The notes: generated from the sequence alone by a model not told the origin. A DNA stretch of 64,000 nucleotides from Eledone cirrhosa (GCA_964016885.1 OZ024765.1:19034001-19098000), one strand, 5' to 3'; counted from the first letter of the stretch, positions 29,673 to 42,882 are shown. Numbers and translations: made by a program.

Positions 29673-30072
29673 ATCATCATCATCATCGTTTAACGTCCAT
29701 CTTCCACACTTGCATGAGGCAAGAGTGGTTGTCTTGCTCGTATAGGACTGTCTGGCAGGTTTTCTACGGCTGGATGCCCTTCCTAACACCAACCACGTTT
29801 ACAGTGTGGACTGGGAGGTTTTTACCGTGTTACCTACACGGCCACATTACAGCGTGGACTGTGTTTTTTTTTCGTGACACCTACACGACCTAATTTATTT
29901 CGGCCTGGATGTTGTGGTACCAACATAACTTTACATGGAAAGGGGTGGTGTGGATGGGGTGGGGGTGGTGGGGCGGGGTGTATTTTTGTTAGAGGTGCCT
30001 ACTGACTGTAGGTTTCGCTTTGTACTTAGGCAAGGTGGGTCTTCTGTATTACTGTGTAGCGCCAAAGATCTC
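29673..30072 (-). mobile_element. RTE-A 3' end only
   Basis: Matches 3201-3640. Confidence 0.85.
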
Positions 30073-30374
30073 ACATGTATATATATATATATAATGTATA
30101 TATATACACACACACACATATATATAAACACATATAGACATATAAGTACACACAAACACATACATATATATATATATATATACACACACACATATATATA
30201 TATATATAAACACATATAGACATATAAGTACATACAAACACACATATATATATATAAATATACATACATACACATACACACATTATCACCATCATAATTT
30301 CATGCACTTTTTCCATGCTTGTATATATACACCCACTTGGTTATACACGCATGAAAAAGCTTCGCAAACGAGAA

Positions 30375-30927
30375 GCTGGAAGGACCCTGTAGTTGTGTCA
30401 AGGATGTGACAACCTCCCTAGGCTTGGTAATGTAGGTGACAAACACACCCAGTACACTCTGTAAAGTGGTTGCTGAAAGGAAGGGTATCCAGGTGTAGAA
30501 AGCTTGCCAAGAGGTTGGAAGGACCCTGTATTTGTGTCAAGGATGTGACAACTTCCCTAGGCTTGGTAATGTAGGTGACAAACACACCCAGTACACTCTG
30601 TAAAGTGGTTGCTGATAGAAAGGGTATCCAGGTGTAGAAAGCTTGCCAAGAGGCTGGAAGGACCCTGTATTTGTGTCAAGGAGATGACAACCTCCCTAGG
30701 CTTGGTAATGTAGGTGATAAACACACCCAGTACACTCTGTAAAGTGGTTGCTGAAAGGAAGAGCATCCAGGTGTAGAAAGCTTGCCAAGAGGCTGGAAGG
30801 ACCATGTATTTGTGTCAAGGATGTGACAACCTCCCTAGGCTTGGTAATCTAGGTGATAAACACACCCAGTACACTCTGTAAAGTGGTTGCTGAAAGGAAG
30901 GGCATCCAGGTGTAGAAAGCTTGCCAA
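30375..30927 (+). repeat. 4 x 139-bp tandem repeat derived from SINE/RTE 3' UTR body
   Basis: GGACC recurs at 30382, 30521, 30660 and 30799. The unit contains CACACCCAGTACACTCTGTAAAGTGGTTG..AGGAAGGGCATCCAG.TGTAGAAA. An RTE-type tail follows at 31040-31090. Confidence 0.9.
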
Positions 30928-31282
30928 ACAATGAGATGGGAGACTCATTCAGTTGGTCACATGTCAGCATCTCCTGTGCAGACTCGGTCTGTCTGGGAGA
31001 TCAGTAGCCCCACTTCAGTACTGACAGGGTTTATGTAGACCCGTCCAACCCTTGCTAGCAGAGAAAATGGACATTAAATTATGATGATGATATAGATATA
31101 CATCATCCCTGGAAAGAGATGGCCTCCCCAGGCTTAAAATGCCCCCAAAACACTGTATTTCAATACAGTGCTCTATCAGGAGTTATGGGACCATACCATA
31201 CAGTGCTCTATCAGGAGTTATGGGACCATACCATACCAAAGGGATGGCAACATGAATGGACCAGTTATTTTTCTCTAAAAAC

Positions 31283-31472
31283 ATTTTTTTACAATTCCAA
31301 CCCACCCGTCCCTTCAATCTTTCTAATCTCTTATTCTTTCTTCTGATGAAGGACTAGCGTCTGAAACGTTAAGACCCTCTTCCTGCTATGTCAAGTGTTA
31401 ATCTAATAAATTCCTTCCATATACTGTACCGATTGTGTTGCTATTTCTGTTTACCTTTTACACACACACACA
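31283..31472 (+). mobile_element. PLE-type pLTR fragment with hammerhead motif (core at 31343)
   Basis: Copy of 21185-21375. Confidence 0.72.
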
Positions 31473-31606
31473 TATCTATGAGCAAGACAAGGTCAGCCGA
31501 CTGGACACTGTCCACAACAGGACAACCTGTCTAACCCATGCTAGCATGGAAGAACGGATGTAAAACAGTGATGATGATATATATATATATATATATATGC
31601 TTTAAT

Positions 31607-31760
31607 GTATGTACACTCCATATTCTTCTGAGTTTCCGGCTTGTATTGGCCGATAGTGCTTCTTATAGCTTTAATTGCCCTGATGAGTCCTTAATAGGAC
31701 GAAACATTGTTGGCTAATAAAGACTTTTGATGTATTTAAGGCTTCTTTGGTTTATTTTCA
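31607..31760 (+). mobile_element. PLE-type end with hammerhead (31673-31719, GUU triplet)
   Basis: CTGATGAGTCCTTAATAGGACGAAACATTGTTGGC followed by AATAAA. Confidence 0.8.
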
Positions 31761-32106
31761 TAATATATATATATATATATATATATTTGTATATATATAT
31801 ATATTTAAAATTTAGCTTCAGCATAGCTGTATATATGTATGTATACATGTATGTTTACAAACACACATATATACATGTATGTATACATGTTTGTTTGCAA
31901 ACACACACAGGGTGAAACAGATTAATCCCTAATCTGTCCGGGAGATGTAATAGTTATTGAGGCAGTCTGTATATTTATCTTATATATTTTCTGTGTGTTT
32001 CATGGTTAAATATTTCAAACAAATGTGATTTTCAACCCTCGTAATTTTAAACACGATTTACTGTGTTTATTACTACATATATTATTATTATAATGCTCAG
32101 TATTTA

Positions 32107-32568
32107 TACCTCTCCAAGACAATGTCACTGGACCGAGACCTTTGGCGGTACTCAGTAATAGAGAAGACCCACCTTACCTAAATACAAAGTAAAACCTACT
32201 ACAGTCAATAGGTACCTCTAACAAAACACCCCCCCCCCCGTCCCACCACCCCCACTCCATCCACACCACCCCTTTCAATGTAAAGTTATGTTAGCCACAA
32301 CATCCAGGCCGAAACAAATGAGGTCGTGTAGGTGTCACGACAAAAAAACACACAGTCCACGCTGTAATGTGGCCGTGTAGCTAACACGGTAAAAACCTCC
32401 CAGACCCACACTGTAAATGTGGTTGGTGTTAGGAAGGGCATCCAGCTGTAGAAAACCCGCCAGACAGTCCTATACGAGCAAGACAACCACTCTTGCCTCA
32501 AGTGGGAAAACTCCCGTCCAAACCCATGCAAGCGTGGAACACGGACGTTAAACGTTGATGATGATGAT
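32107..32568 (+). mobile_element. RTE-A 3' end
   Basis: Matches 11537-11660 and the long 3' UTR of the 3201 copy. Confidence 0.88.
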
Positions 32569-32617
32569 ATGGAATGTTTAATAAATAAATATTTTGAGAG
32601 CCCAGCTATGAATAGAA

Positions 32618-32695
32618 AGCAGCAAGAGATAATTGTCTATGCATTTCGAACTTGAATTGTCCTCATCAGAACAATGCTCCCTCTTGCTTACTGCT
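32618..32695 (-). ncRNA. Type I hammerhead ribozyme with extended stem I
   Basis: AGCAAGAG-ggagc-ATTGTT CTGATGA GGAC aattcaa GTTC GAAA TGCA TA GACAAT-tat-CTCTTGCT. Confidence 0.8.
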
Positions 32696-33329
32696 GGTAT
32701 TTGAGACAGGCGAAAATATATAGTTTTTTTTATGTGTAGGTGGGCTGATAAGCCCCATTTGCATACAAAGCTGTATAAGTTGACTCAACTTAAAATAGAA
32801 TAAAATTTAACTTCAACATATATGTATGTATAATAGGTGGTTCTGTAGATACGTGGTTTACTGAGGGTTGTACCAAAATCAGCACTCTATGCTAAGGCAG
32901 AGTGTATATATTTAAAACAAAGTGAAGTTTCACATAAGTTTCACTTCCTCCATCGTCCCACACCATGCCAAATTCTTTCCTCGCTTACTTTCGCACGGTT
33001 AAGATGTGTCTTTCGTCTTCTCGTCAATATTCGCAAATTCTTATGTTCAAATGAATCATTGACTTGATTTTCTCATTATTTCCTCTCTTTACGTTGCCTC
33101 ACCTTTCATGTTTGTTTACCTGTCTCTCTTTCTCCACCCAATTCTTTTAATCTCAATAACTTATTTTAGTTATTGTATCGCGCTAGCCTGAAGTATCTGG
33201 TCTTTAATACGAAGAAATACCTATGATGGCTAGTAGACCACTGATGATGGATAGTCCTATTTCTAATTTTTCATTTCAATTTGTATATCATATTTGCAAC
33301 AACACAGCACGCCATTTTTCATTCCTATA

Positions 33330-36300
33330 TCATCATCATCATCAACGTTTAACGTCCGTGTTCCACGCTTGCATGGGTTTGGACGGGGGTAGTCCCACTT
33401 GAGGCAAGAGTGATTGTCTTGCTCGCATAGGACTGTCTGGCAGGTTTTCTACAGTTGGATGCCCTTCCTAACACCAACCACATTTACAGTGTGGGTCTGG
33501 GAGGTTTTTACCGTGTTGCCTACACGGCCACATTACAGCGTGGACTGTGTGTTTTTTTGTCGTGACACCTACACGATCTCATTTGTTTCGGCCTGGATGG
33601 TGTGGCACCAACATAACTTTACATAGAACGGGGTGGTGTGGATGGGGTGGGGGGGGGGGGGGGGGATTTTGTTAGAGATGCCTACTGGCTGTAGTAGGTT
33701 TTACTATGTATTTAGGTAAGGCGGGTCTTCTCTGTTACTGAGTACCGCCAAAGGTCTCGGTCCAGTGACGTTGTCTTGGAGAGGTGTAAGTGTGTGAGGT
33801 CGGAGTTTATCAGCTCGTCCCAGGTTTTTCTAGGTCTGCCTATTCCGTGGCTACCGTCTATCTTTATTGCTCTGCACTTTGTTATACAGCTATCGACTTT
33901 CATGCGCATCACGTGTCCATACCAACGTAGCCTTCTCTCGAGTAAACAACATCTGATCCCTCTTATTTCTAATTTTTTCCTTAGTTTGTTTATGCTTTGC
34001 CGTTCACGTATATTACTGTTACACATCCAGCGGAGCATGCAAGCTTCGTTCCTCTCTAGTCTGTGTATATCCTCTGCACACAATGCCCAGGTCTCACTGC
34101 CATGCAACATTGCTGTTCGTATGCAGGCATCGTACAACCTGCCTTTCATTTTTAGGGAGAACCCTTTAGCAGCTAATAGTGGTATAAGCTCTCTGAACTT
34201 TTTCCAACCAGTTCTGACTCTAGCTACTGTACTTTCAGAGCACCCTCCCCCACTGCTGATTTTATCACCCAGGTAACGGAAGCTGTCCACTATTTCTATA
34301 GAACCCTCTGCGCAATTGAAAGAGCTAGTATTTTGTGGGCACTTGCTGCTACTTATTGCACCAGAGCACGGGCCACATGTAAAATCTATGTTCTTAGTTA
34401 GCTTACCTGTGATCCCACTACATCTTTTATGCACCCATACTTTGCATTTAGGACATAAAATGGAGTTTCTACCTACGCCTTTCCTACACACCGAGCACGA
34501 CCATTTCCCAGAAGGGACCGCCGCCTTATTTTCTTTCCTACAAACTAGAACTTTAGTCTTAGCCAGGTTAATTTTAAGTCCTTTTGATTCTAGGCCGTGC
34601 TTCCATGTTTGGAATTTCTTCTCTAGCTCGGCCATTGATTCCGCTATGAGTGTCAGGTCGTCTGCGTATAGGAGTTCCCATGGGCTGCCGGTCTTGAACT
34701 CCTCTGTTATAGCCTGAAGGGCAATAATAAATAGTAGGGGGCTGAGAACAGAGCCCTGATGGACGCCAACTTTTACGCTAAACTCTTCACTATATTCGTT
34801 GTTAATTCTAACCTTGCTGACTGTTTCTTTATACATGGCTTGTATAGCTCTCACAAGCCATTCGTGAACGCCTAGTTTTCTAAGAGCCCACCAGATAATG
34901 GAGCGGGGGACTCTGTCAAAGGCTTTCTTCAAGTCGACAAAAGCTAAGTAGAGGGGTTTACCTTTAGCTAGGTACTTCTCCTGTAGTTGTCGTACAATGA
35001 AAAGAGCGTCTGTGGTACTTTTACCTGACACAAACCCGAACTGCATTTCATCTAGGTCAATTCTCTCTCTGATTAGTTGTGCTATTACTTTTTCCGTGAC
35101 CTTCATGACCTGGTCGATTAATTTAATGCCTCTATAGTTACTCCTATCTAGGGCGTCTCCTTTACCCTTATAACAGTTAACGATGATGCTGCTATGCCAG
35201 TCCTTCGGAACAACCCCATTCTGTACGACTTGGTTAACTATGCGGGTGACCATGGTGTGTCCCACCGTGCCAGATGCCTTCAGCATCTCAGCAACTATTT
35301 CCGAAGGCCCAGCCACCTTACCCGTCTTCATATCCTTGATTGCCTTACTTATTATACTCCCCTCGACTAACACTGCTGGTCCCTCTATTGGGTCGATATG
35401 GGGGAGACTGTCTTTCTCCCATTTATTCTCCTCATTTAGTAGCCTTTCATATCACAGTTTTCCTTGACGCATTGCCTAGCAATCCTGAACACCTCACGTT
35501 TTTGGTCCTCGCGTTGTAGAACATGCTTGAACTTTCTTTCCTCAGCTTCCCTTCTTGCTAAGTACACTTGTCTCCTAGCTTCCCTCCTGGCCACTTGATA
35601 GTCTTCTCTACTTCCCCCATCCCGCCATACTTTCCAAGCCTGCTTTTTGGCCTTAATTGACCCCTCCACCTTACTGTTCCACCACCATGTTACTCTCCTC
35701 CTGCCTACAGGCCTGCTCCAGCCACAGACTTCGTCTGTCGCCATCAGCAGGTTTGCTTTCAGAAATTCCCACTGTCCCTCTATATTGTCCGACTCTAAAT
35801 GTTCTTCCTTACTGTCGAAAGCATCATGTAATATGCTTTGAAATTTATTTCTGGCTGTGGGGTCCTTTAGCTTCCATATTTTTCCCCTGAGGATAGTCCT
35901 CTTCTGCTGTCGAGTACGTCTCGTCCTGACTATGAGGTTGCTAATTATCGGTCTATGTTGGGAGGTGCATTCTTCATGGGGGAGGGATTTAGTGTTTACA
36001 ACAGTCACTCTGTCACGTCTTCTGGTAAGGATATAATCTACCTGGCTTGTGTGTTCCCCGGATCTATAGGTGATCAGGTGATTGTCACGTTTTTTGAAGT
36101 TAGTGTTACAGATAGTTAGGTTATTTGCATCACAGAATTCCAGGATTCTGGAGCCTTCCTCATTTCTAGTACCAAACCCATAGCCTCCATGGATTTCGTC
36201 GTAGCCATCACAATGTTGTCCAACGTGACCATTTAGGTCGCCTGCAACAATTATATAGTCACTGTCGAATATTTGGGAGGTAGTTAGCATCAGTGTCTCA

Positions 36301-36765
36301 TAGAATCTGTCTTTTATAGTGCCGGGCAGTCCGGATTGGGGTGCGTACGCAGATATTACTGTCGCCGTAGTTCTATTGAGGACAAGTCGTATTTTAATTA
36401 TTCTGTCGTTCACTCTATTTACATCTATTATCTTATCTGCCCACTTTTCTGCTACCATGATTCCTACTCCACCCAGCCCATCGTCGTTTCCCACCCAGAA
36501 AAGCTTATAACATCGTTTTTTACCCTCAATGAATCTAGCAGACCCACCCCTCCACCTGGTCTCTTGAATACAACAAACATCGACCTCCTTACGTTCAAGC
36601 ATTTCTACAACCTCGTTAGCGCGACCCTTTAGGGTGCCTACATTTATGGTACCAACTCTGAAGTTTTGGATTGCGTTTGGGGGTTGGGGGCGGTGGGGGG
36701 CGGGGGCGATGGGGTTATGTTAGCCGTCCGCGGTCGAAACAATGAGTGCTCGCATTCTCGTCCAC
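33330..36765 (-). mobile_element. Near full-length RTE-A copy, inactivated by an ~85-bp frameshifting deletion
   Basis: APE N-terminus FRVGTINVGTL..CIQETRW. ORFs 35436-36602 and 33712-35373 are split at ~35450, where the segment equivalent to ~9787-9871 is missing. Confidence 0.93.
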
Positions 36766-37188
36766 ATATATATATATATAGTATAGGGGTTGTAATGTCC
36801 AGTTACTGTAGGCTCACCAACGTGAGCACTCGGTACATAGTTTCCAGTAGGTATATTAGGGTTGTACTCAGCAGAGTGTAATAATTGTTTCTACTTTTGG
36901 CACAAGGCCAACAATTACCAGAGAAACGATTGTAATATGTCCAATAAATTCCATTCGTCGCAACACTGATTCTCTTTTTTTCTGTGATATCATACTGAAG
37001 CACGCAACAATTCAAGGTGACATTGGACCGGTGTTGGACCACTGTGTTTCCGACTGTGTAAATGTTGCCCCTCTCCCCTTCTTACATGGCATCTGAAGCA
37101 TCTATGTTTTATTTTCTGCCAAATATATTGAATTGAATTGAATTGAATTGAATACCGCATACCGACGCTTTAAGCATCCAACACCAAT

Positions 37189-37220
<32 letters not shown>

Positions 37221-37455
37221 GTGTTTCTTGTAAACAGATTTTCGTCTCATCCCGGCATCACTAGCGTGCGTCCACGTGTGTTTTGTTATTTCAACTCTAC
37301 ACGCTGTTCGCTTGCCTGCTTTTAATTCCCCTCTGGCATTTTAGCAGTGGTTTTAGTTAACGTGTTGAGCACTACTGAAGATCGACTCCAACCGTTACTA
37401 AAACTTTATAAAACTTTATAATAAAAACGGCGGGAATTTATGTTACAACCCAATA

Positions 37456-37886
37456 TCATCATCACCGTTTTACGTCCGTTCTTCCACGCTAGCATGGGTT
37501 AGACGGGTTGTCCTGTTGTGGGCAGTGTCCGGTCAGTTTACCTTGTCTTGCTCATACGGGAACTGATTCTGGCTTGATTTCTACAGCTGGATGCCCTTCC
37601 TAACACCAACCTCATTAACACTGAGTGCTGGGTGCTTTTTTTGCCGTGGCACCTCTACGACCACTTTACAGTGTGGGCTGGGTGCTTTTATGCAGTGGCT
37701 CCTCCACGACCACTTTGCAGTGGAATGATAGGGACCCCAGTCCTATCATCTCATTTCTACAGCTGAGTAAACTGGAGCAATGTGAAATAAAGTGTCTTGC
37801 TCAAGGAAACAACATATCACCCGGTCTGAGAATTGAACTCACAACCTTTCGATTGCAAGCCCAATGCTCTAACCATTAAGCCATGC
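37456..37886 (-). mobile_element. CORE-type SINE with the alternative (RTE-C-type) tail
   Basis: Same head as 7589. Tail AACCCATGCTAGCGTGGAAGAACGGACGTAAAACGGTGATG matches 44800-44845. Confidence 0.85.
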
Positions 37887-37916
37887 GGCTTATATACTTA
37901 AATAGGTATGTGTAGT

Positions 37917-38008
37917 GAAGACATGTGGCTGAGTGGTTAGAGAATTGGATTCACAATCGTGAGGTTGTCAGTTCGATTCCTGGACCAGGCAATGCGTTAT
38001 GTCCTTCA
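37917..38008 (+). mobile_element. Diverged SINE tRNA-like head
   Basis: TGGCTGAGTGG A box and GTTCGATTCC B box, followed by ..ATGTCCTT. Confidence 0.6.
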
Positions 38009-38011
38009 AAA

Positions 38012-38942
38012 CTGTCGGTCATTAGAGAAGTTTCATTGCCCGATATATAGAAAGAGGTAATATGTAAAATTGAGATTAAAGAAGCTAATAACTGCGGTAA
38101 TGTTTTACGTTGCTCCTTCTCCCTGAAGTTGCATCCAATAGATAGTATTAGCAACTGGAAAGACCAATGGAAACATTGTTTCCTCGGTCCGATTTGACGA
38201 AAGTTGATCGACAAAAATGTGTGTGCGTGTGTGTGTGTGGAAAACGTAAACAGAAATAGAAAAATAAATGACACAGTATAAAAAAGAAAGATAATCAGTT
38301 TAAAGTTGGAACTAATGATTAAAAAGTCTTAATGCTTTGGACAATAGTCCTTCATCAGAAGAGAGAATTAGAAGTAAGAGATGAAAGAGAAAGATAAAAA
38401 GTGAGAAGGGGAAGTAATGAACAAAATTGAAAAATAAACACACATGTATATATATACATATATATATATATACATATATACATGGCTTTTATATTACAGC
38501 ATATATATATATATATTCAATTCCAGATGACATGACTGTACTGCAGTTATTAGCTTCTTTAATCTCAATTTTACATATTACCTCTTTCTATATATCGGGC
38601 AATGAAACTTCTCTAATGACCGACAATAAATAGTTCCTGCAAAAAAGACCAGGACTCTGATAAAATATTGATTGAATTTCATTCTTTCCTATTGAACATA
38701 AATACGGCCACACTGTGATACCGATAATATATATATATAGACATATATATAGACATATATATCTATATATATGTCTATATATATATCATATATTATATAT
38801 ACGTGTCTATAAATATATCTATTATATATAGACATATATATATTTATAAATATATATATATGGATATACACACACACACACATATATATTTATATGTATA
38901 TAAATATATATGTGTCTGTGTATATATATATACATATATATG

Positions 38943-39029
<87 letters not shown>

Positions 39030-39172
39030 TAACCATTAGTTCCAACTTTAAACTGATTTTCTTTCTTTCTTATATTGTGTCATTTACTTTTCTATTTCTG
39101 TTTACTTTTTTCACACACACACAGTTATTTTTGTCGATCAACTTTCGTCAAATCGGTCCGAGGAAACAATGT
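38012..39172. mobile_element. PLE-like remnant with two interleaved inverted duplications and a degenerate hammerhead (38326-38362, minus)
   Basis: 38012-38094 is inverted at 38543-38625, and 38173-38322 is inverted at 39029-39172. The hammerhead core resembles the 21244 family but has lost GAAA. Confidence 0.6.
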
Positions 39173-39319
39173 ATATATGTGTGTATATATATACATATAT
39201 ATGTATATATATTTATATACATATATATACACATGTGTATATATATTTATATACACATGCACATACACTCACACACACACACACACATATATATTTATAT
39301 ATATATATATGTATATATT

Positions 39320-39383
<64 letters not shown>

Positions 39384-39572
39384 TATATACATATATATGT
39401 ATATATTTTATATACACACACACACACATATATATTTATATATATACATGTACATATATTTATATATATATATATATATATACATATATATGTATATATA
39501 TTTACACACACACACATATTTATATATATACATGTACATATATTTATATATATATATATATACATACATATA

Positions 39573-41001
39573 TCATCATCATCATCATCATCAGGTTTAG
39601 CGTCCGTGTTCCACGCTTGCATGGGTTTGGACGGGGGTTTTCCCACTTGAGGCAAGAGTGGTTGTCTTGCTCGCATAGGACTGTCTGGCGGGTTTTCTAC
39701 AGTTGGATGCCCTTCCTAACACCAACCACATTTACAGTGTGGGGCTGGGAGGTTTTTACCGTGTTGCCTACACGGCCACATTACAGCGTGGACTGTCTGG
39801 CGGGTTTTCTACAGCTGGATGCCCTTCCTAACACCAACCACATTACAGTGTGGGGCTGGGAGGTTTTTACCGTGTTGCCTACACGGCCACATTTACAGCG
39901 TGGACTGTGTGTTTTTTGTCGTGACACCTACACGATCTCATTTGTTTCGGCCTGGATGTTGTGGGACCAACATAACTTTACATTGAAAGGGGCGGTGTGG
40001 GTGGGGTGAAGGTGGTGGGACGGGGGTGTGTTTTGATAGAGATGCCTACTGACTGTAGTAGGTTTTTACTTTGTATTTAGGTAAGGCGGGTCTTCTCTAT
40101 TACTGAGTACCGCCAAAGGTCTCGGTCCAGTGACATTGTCTTGGAGAGGTGTAAGCGTGTGAGGTCGGAATTTATCAGCTCGTCCCATGTTTTTCTGGGT
40201 CTGCCTACTCCGTGGCTACCGTCTATCTTTATTGCCCTGCACTTTGTTATACAGCTGTCGTCTTTCATGCGCATCACGTGACCGTACCAACGTAGCCTTC
40301 TCTCGAGTAAACAACATCTGATCCCTCTTATTTCTAATTTTTTCCTTAGTTCGTTTATGCTTTGCCGTTCACGTATATTACTATTGCACATCCAGCGGAG
40401 CATGCAAGCTTCGTTCCTCTCTAGTCTGCGTATATCCTCTGCACACAATGCCCAGGTCTCACTGCCATGCAGCATTGCTGTTCGTATGCAGGCATCGTAT
40501 AACCTGCCTTTCATTTTTAGGGAGAACCCTCTAGCGGCTAATAGTGGTATAAGCTCTCTGAACTTTTTCCATCCAGTTCTGACTCTAGCTACTGTACTTT
40601 CAGAGCACCCTCCCCCACTGCTGATTTTGTCACCCAGATAACGGAAGCTGTCCACTATTTCTATAGAACCCTCTGCGCAGTTGAAGGAGCTAGTATTTTG
40701 TGGGCACTTGCTGCTACTTATTGCACCAGAGCACCGGCCACATGTAAAATCTATGTTCTTAGTTAGCTTACCTGTGATCCCACTACATCTTTTATGCACC
40801 CATACTTTGCATTTGGGACATAAAATAGAGTTTCTACCTACGCCTTTCCTACACACTGAGCATGGCCATTTCCCAGATGGGACCGCCGCCTTATTTTCTT
40901 TCCTACAAACTAGAACTTTAGTCTTAGCCAGGTTAATTTTAAGGCCTTTTGATTCTAGGCCGTGCTTCCATGTTTGGAATTTCTTCTCTAGTTCGGTCAT
41001 T
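39573..41001 (-). mobile_element. RTE-A, 5'-truncated, with an ~110-bp duplication in the 3' UTR
   Basis: ORF part is nearly identical to 10688-11610. The GGACTGTCTGGCGGG..CACGGCCACATT block occurs twice (39678, 39790). Confidence 0.92.
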
Positions 41002-41019
41002 ACACACACACACACACAC

Positions 41020-41072
<53 letters not shown>

Positions 41073-41195
41073 CATACACACACGTGTGTATGCCTGAGAT
41101 TGTGATATCAAAATGTCTGTTTTTATAATTATTTATTAATCGATCAAGTTATTTCATATATTTCTTTAGCCCTACGTGTGTGTCTACTGTTGTGG

Positions 41196-41234
<39 letters not shown>

Positions 41235-41237
<3 letters not shown>

Positions 41238-42151
41238 TAGAGGAGCTAGAGAATAAATTCTGGCTATGGAAACAGCAGTTGGAAGCAAGAGGACTGAGAG
41301 TGAACCTAGCTAAGACAAAAGTGTTGATGAGTAGAAAAGAGGACAAAACTCTGATTCCGTCAGGGAAATGGCCATGTTCGATATGCAGAAAAGGAACTGG
41401 CATAAATTCTATAAAATGCACACAATGCAAATCCTGGTTACACAAGAGATGTAGCGGGATAGCAGGCAAACTAACAGGTAGGGAGAAATATGTATGCAGT
41501 AGATGTACAGGGAAATTAGACAGTAGAAGTCGCATTAATAGACAGATTTTTCAAATGCAGACGGGCGCTATAGAAGTGGTGGATAGCTTCCGATACCTAG
41601 GAGATCAGATTAGCATGGGAGGGGGTGTTCCGAGGCCATAGTATCTAGAATAAGGATGGGTTGGAAGAAGTTTAGGGAGCTGCTTCCTCTGTTGACAAAG
41701 AATGGTTTCTCCCTACGAACGAAAGGCCGGTTATATGATGACTGTGTGAGGAGCGCGATGCTGCATGGTAGTGAGACATGGGCAGCAACTGCAGAGGATA
41801 TGCGACGGCTGGAGAGAAATGAGGCAAGCATGCTCCGTTGGATGTGCAATGTCAATGTGCGTGAACGACCCAACATGGATGAGTTGAGAGAGAAAGTGTG
41901 TATAAGAGGGATAAGTTGTGGTGTGCGGAAGAGAAGACTGAGGTGGTATGGACATGTGATGTCCATGGAGGATGACCGCTGGGTAAAGAAGTGCCAAGAA
42001 ATCTCAGTAGAAGGAAGACACAGTAGAGGAAGACCACGAAAAACATGGGCGGAAGTGGTGAGAGCAGACCTCAGACCGTTGAAGCTCAGAGGAGATGACG
42101 AAGGACCGTGACGGGTGAGAGATGCTGAACTGAACAGGACCTATCCCACCC
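41235..42151 (+). mobile_element. RTE-B fragment with frameshifts
   Basis: ORFs 41180-41641 and 41656-42111 match the 5629-7419 protein. Confidence 0.9.
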
Positions 42152-42420
42152 TAATAAATAAAATAAAAATGGCATGGGCAATACAATACAACGGGAGGAA
42201 ACATAATAATACCACTGATGATGTCACAGATGTGTGACGAAAGAACTTTGATAGACTATATATATATATTTATACCTGTATTTTTTACCCGTTGGTCAAT
42301 CAATGATAAACATTGATTGCCAAATAAATTAACTGTGGAGATAAAAAAGATACAGAAGCGAAAACCAGCCAAACAGTGAGTATGTTCTGTTATTATTTCT
42401 GGCAATATTATAACAATATG
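42152..42420 (+). mobile_element. Hammerhead-bearing repeat (motif 42205-42260)
   Basis: CTGATGA T GTCACA gatg TGTGAC GAAA GAAC TT. Homologous to 56560-56830 (reverse complement). Confidence 0.65.
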
Positions 42421-42443
42421 TATATTTATCTACATATATCTAC

Positions 42444-42468
<25 letters not shown>

Positions 42469-42474
<6 letters not shown>

Positions 42475-42882
42475 TTTACGTCCACTTTTCCCCCTCCCAT
42501 GCTAATCTGATCTCCTAGGTATCGGAAGCTATCCACCACTTCTATAACGCCCGCCTGCATTTTACGTCCACTTCTCCCTGCTTGCAAGGGTGGGACGGGA
42601 ACTGGTTCTGGCTTGATTTCTACAGCTGGATGCCCTTCCTAACACCAACCTCATTTACAGTGAGTGCTGGGTGCTTTTTTGCCGTGGCACCTCCACGACC
42701 ACTTTGCAGTGGAATAATAGGGACCCCAGTCCCTATCATCTCATTTCTACAGCTGAGTAAACTGGAGCAATGTGAAATAAAGTGTCTTGCTCAAGGAAAC
42801 AACACATCACCCGGTCTGAGAATTGAACTCACAACCTTTCGATTGCAAGCCCAATGTTCTAAGCACTAAGCCATGTGCCTCC
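42469..42882 (-). mobile_element. CORE-type SINE with duplicated tail enclosing an RTE-B internal fragment
   Basis: CATTTTACGTCCACTT occurs twice (42472, 42558) around a segment matching 41553-41622. Confidence 0.85.

Noticed and set aside
33241-33270. CTGATGA hammerhead-like cores at 33241 and 54574
   Set aside because: Neither has a properly placed stem II plus GAAA.
36780-36878. Short open frame SAEYNPNIPTGNYVPSAHVGEPTVTGHYNPY (minus)
   Set aside because: It is only ~100 bp, has no splice signals and matches no family I recognise.
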